A DNA stretch of 25,411 bases from a virus (taxonomy: Duplodnaviria > Caudoviricetes). A program made the translations under genes and the position numbers. Position 1 is the first letter of the stretch; each line of letters starts with the position of its first letter. Below the pieces are notes generated by a model. The model was not told where the DNA came from and searched no databases. It worked only from the letters and a program-made list of their open reading frames with translations. Shown here one piece after another: positions 23,094-25,411 of this stretch. The stretch covers positions 1 through 25,411 of the IMG/VR virus record IMGVR_UViG_3300048577_000152. The stretch is one strand, 5' to 3'.

Positions 23094-23561
23094 GCAGTTT
23101 TGTTTTTTCATGAAGGTCATCCAAATAGTTTTTCCTTGCTTTCCAGTTGGATGCCCAAAAAGTGGATTTTCTCCTATTACTTCTAATAATGTATTTAATT
23201 TAATATCCTTATCGTTCCATTTAAAAATCAATATACCATTTGGTTTTAAAACCCTCATACATTCGTCAAAACCACTTTTTATTTCAGTTTTCCAATCTGA
23301 AAACAACTGTCCATATTTTTGACCCAAAATTGTATTTTCGTTTAACCATTTAGAATGCGGTGGATCAAATACTACTAAATAAAATACTTCATTTTTAAAA
23401 GGAAGGTTCTTAAAATCTACTTGAATATCCGGATCTATGATTGTAGTTTTTCCATAGGCCTCAAATCGTCCTTTTCTTTTATCTGTATATATAACCTCTG
23501 GATGATTTTTATCAAACCACATCATCTTACTGCCACATGTGACATCAATTATTTTTTTCAT
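23040..23561 (-). CDS. Small SAM-dependent amino-methyltransferase (DPPH motif), probable phage DNA methyltransferase (173 aa)
   Basis: IIDVTCGSKMMWFDK (motif I), DFKNLPF, VVFDPPH (motif IV) and ECMRVLKPNGILIFKW. Confidence 0.85.
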   Translation of the reverse strand: MKKIIDVTCGSKMMWFDKNHPEVIYTDKRKGRFEAYGKTTIIDPDIQVDFKNLPFKNEVFYLVVFDPPHSKWLNENTILGQKYGQLFSDWKTEIKSGFDECMRVLKPNGILIFKWNDKDIKLNTLLEVIGENPLFGHPTGKQGKTIWMTFMKKQNCLGTAGKEVRGVCEAVED

Positions 23562-23564
23562 GCT

Positions 23565-23625
23565 TTAAAACTTAATCATTAACTGCTTCGCAAATTCCCC
23601 GAACCTCTTTTCCTTCCGTTCCCAA
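23565..23625. repeat. 61-bp direct repeat, copy 2
   Basis: ttaaaacttaatcattaactgcttcgcaaattccccgaacctcttttccttccgttcccaa. Confidence 0.95.
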
Positions 23626-23652
23626 AAAGCCCGGGTCATATGTCCCAGGCTT
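23624..23652 (-). terminator. Possible weak terminator/attenuator hairpin
   Basis: Minus strand aagcctggg-acatatga-cccgggctt followed by a short T run, right at the stop codon of the 270-aa gene. Confidence 0.5.
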
Positions 23653-24463
23653 ACGTCAAATCACTGCCATAAGCCATCGAAAATTCCTGCGGGATAAACA
23701 TATCCACCTTCAAGATCTTTGATGTCTCCAACGTAGCCACCAGTTCCCTGGGTTCATACGCCCGGTGCTCTTGTCTTGCTGCACGTACTACACTCTCCCG
23801 TTCCTTTTTTAACAGGTAGTCACCTATCAGCATCATCGCCTGGTCTGTATTGAATGTCTTCACCACCGCCGTTCCCGTATGCTCCCGCACGCCGTCCACA
23901 TCCACGTTGAACTCTATCTGGTACCACTTCATTTCCGGTTCAGTCTCATCCTCCGCAGGCTCTTTCTCTGTATCCTCATCCACCGCATATTTTTTCAATG
24001 AGTCAATCAGGACAATGTCCGTATTAAACTCCTTCACTTGGGCAATCCGGAACATGCCCACCGTGTTGAGTTCCAGAAAGTCAGAAAGCACCAACAATCC
24101 GTTCGGCACATCCACCGCATAGAATAGCACCTTCCTGTTCTTGTCGGCTATTGAGACTACCGCTAAAAATGGATACAGCCAATTATTTTTCTGCGGCATC
24201 CCCATTCGCCGCTGGTTTGTCACCTCCACCTCGGTGATCTCGCCCGATTCCATGTAAAACTGCACCATGGCCAGCATTTCCCTGTCCAGCAGCGTGCCGC
24301 GTGGCACCAGCACTTCGTTCCGTTCAATAGTAGCCACTTCACCGTTATCCTGGTCCACAAAATCTTCTTTCCAAGTCCTCAGCACCCGTTTAGCCGTGAA
24401 CTTGTTCAACATCTCTTTCAGGTCTGATGTCACGTACCTTTCTTCGTCAAATCGCGTTTCCAT
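23651..24463 (-). CDS. Phage protein whose N-terminal domain resembles the Bacteroidota RNA polymerase beta-subunit insertion (270 aa)
   Basis: AKRVLRTWKEDFVDQDNGEVATIERNEVL closely resembles the remembered Bacteroidota RpoB segment ARVLKTWxEDFVDEDTGEVVSIERNEV. The protein is far too short to be RpoB. Confidence 0.7.
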   Translation of the reverse strand: METRFDEERYVTSDLKEMLNKFTAKRVLRTWKEDFVDQDNGEVATIERNEVLVPRGTLLDREMLAMVQFYMESGEITEVEVTNQRRMGMPQKNNWLYPFLAVVSIADKNRKVLFYAVDVPNGLLVLSDFLELNTVGMFRIAQVKEFNTDIVLIDSLKKYAVDEDTEKEPAEDETEPEMKWYQIEFNVDVDGVREHTGTAVVKTFNTDQAMMLIGDYLLKKERESVVRAARQEHRAYEPRELVATLETSKILKVDMFIPQEFSMAYGSDLT

Positions 24464-24492
24464 AGTTTTATTTTATTACTTTATTCACTAAC

Positions 24493-24654
24493 TCAATTGG
24501 TGTACTCTACTTTTTCAAAATTCAAAATAGCAATACAATATTCCTCGTTATCAAGAGGAAATCCCGACTTGAACCATTTTGAATGAACACATTCAGGAAC
24601 AGCATCTATTATATTTTTTGAACAGAAAAAGAACGACATTTCCTTTGTTTCCAT
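24493..24654 (-). CDS. Small hypothetical protein (53 aa)
   Basis: METKEMSFF..., with ATG 4 nt after the upstream stop. It fills the gap in a tightly packed operon. Confidence 0.5.
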   Translation of the reverse strand: METKEMSFFFCSKNIIDAVPECVHSKWFKSGFPLDNEEYCIAILNFEKVEYTN

Positions 24655-24658
24655 AACT

Positions 24659-24910
24659 TCATTTTTTTGAATTATTCTTCTTTTTGTTTGTATATTCTGC
24701 CGCCACTTCCTCGTCCACTTCACGCAGGAACTGGTAATAATATGATATATGCGCGTCCGCCGTATATTCCTTTACCAACCGGCAGCCCACATACCGCCTC
24801 ACCGTGTTTTTTTCCAGGTCCACCACCACAAAGATCCCATGCCCGAAGTCATGAACTACTTCCCTTACCATTCCCGATTCGGGAGATATGCCGTACGTTG
24901 TTGTCCACAT
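24659..24910 (-). CDS. Hypothetical protein (83 aa)
   Basis: Co-oriented, tightly packed ORF. Confidence 0.65.
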   Translation of the reverse strand: MWTTTYGISPESGMVREVVHDFGHGIFVVVDLEKNTVRRYVGCRLVKEYTADAHISYYYQFLREVDEEVAAEYTNKKKNNSKK

Positions 24911-24920
24911 GACCCATCCT

Positions 24921-25130
24921 TTATTTGTCTATCTCCACCGCCTGGCTTCCTTCAAAATAGTAGCAGTCCACACGCTCTATCTCGCTAAAAGGGATATTCC
25001 ACTTCTTTTCTATCGACTTCGCAAGCAGGGGCTTCACCTTCGCCTTGTCAGGTTTTCCAACAAACACAAACGATCCCGACAGGTTTATCAACCCGTCCCC
25101 CTTCCGCTTTATCGAGTAGAATATCTTCAT
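24921..25130 (-). CDS. Hypothetical protein (69 aa)
   Basis: Co-oriented ORF with an AT-rich leader. Confidence 0.65.
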   Translation of the reverse strand: MKIFYSIKRKGDGLINLSGSFVFVGKPDKAKVKPLLAKSIEKKWNIPFSEIERVDCYYFEGSQAVEIDK

Positions 25131-25143
25131 TATAGTTTTCTAA

Positions 25144-25411
25144 TTATACCGCAACAGGGCGTGGCGCAATTGTTCTTCTGTCATTTCGCTTGGTTTCATC
25201 CTTCTTGGATTTTAGACGTTCTTTTATCAAGTGCATGTTCTTGTTCACGAGAGAGATAATACGATCGTGGTATTCAGTATTTTTATTTTGTAAGCCTCTA
25301 CACTGCACCACCTTTAGCTGTTTGAGAGATACTTCTACCGTTTCTATCCTTTTGCCTCTTATTTGGGCAGACAGAATCAAAGAGTCTTCTTTGATATAAT
25401 ATTCGTTAGTG
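25144..25411 (-). CDS. PcfJ-like domain protein, C-terminal part (5' end beyond the window)
   Basis: TNEYYIKEDSLILSAQIRGKRIETVEVSLKQLKVVQCRGLQNKNTEYHDRIISLVNKN is a typical PcfJ C-terminus. The frame is open to the right edge. Confidence 0.85.
   Translation of the reverse strand, partial: TNEYYIKEDSLILSAQIRGKRIETVEVSLKQLKVVQCRGLQNKNTEYHDRIISLVNKNMHLIKERLKSKKDETKRNDRRTIAPRPVAV

Noticed and set aside
23033-23625. Direct repeats considered as CRISPR, DGR TR/VR pair, attL/attR or IS ends
   Set aside because: There are only two copies with a whole gene between them. Mismatches are not confined to adenines of one copy on one strand. No RT, cas, integrase or transposase gene is in the window.
23651-24463. 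Calling this gene rpoB or a sigma factor
   Set aside because: It is only 270 aa, similarity is limited to one short insertion domain, and no catalytic or sigma motifs are present.
1-25411. Alternative genetic code (stop-codon reassignment) as the reason for the apparent 11.7-kb gene desert
   Set aside because: All genes read through with the standard code and TAA/TGA stops. The gap is explained by one ORF running off the window edge.

Overview
Segment of a tailed (podovirus-like, P22-type portal) phage or prophage with a Bacteroidota host, inferred from TTTG-N20-TAnnTTTG promoters, AT-rich leaders without Shine-Dalgarno sequences and a gene resembling a Bacteroidota RpoB insertion. The dominant feature is missing from the ORF track: one minus-strand frame starts at ATG 11737 and runs off the left edge, giving at least 3912 codons. 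It encodes a giant 'polyvalent' protein, probably a virion/ejection protein. Between helical terminal regions it carries an InPase domain, an ART-like module inserted into a HExxH metallopeptidase, an LPD23/HExxH module, an ART-PolyVal domain and an unassigned 'RISDH' module. Recurring R-[MFY]-[QMR] linkers separate most of these modules. Upstream on the same strand are ejection/pilot-like genes, an adaptor-like gene, a tail nozzle-like gene and the portal. A putative small terminase is transcribed divergently from a mirror-image, apparently leaderless promoter pair. A self-contained two-gene moron follows. The rest is a convergent early/middle operon: PcfJ-like fragment, small ORFs, RpoB-insertion mimic, DPPH methyltransferase flanked by 61-bp direct repeats, PAPS-reductase-like enzyme, and a Rep_trans-like nickase with a candidate nick-site hairpin downstream. 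No large terminase, capsid, integrase, tRNA, CRISPR array or reverse transcriptase is visible. All family calls come from motif recognition by eye, not from database searches.
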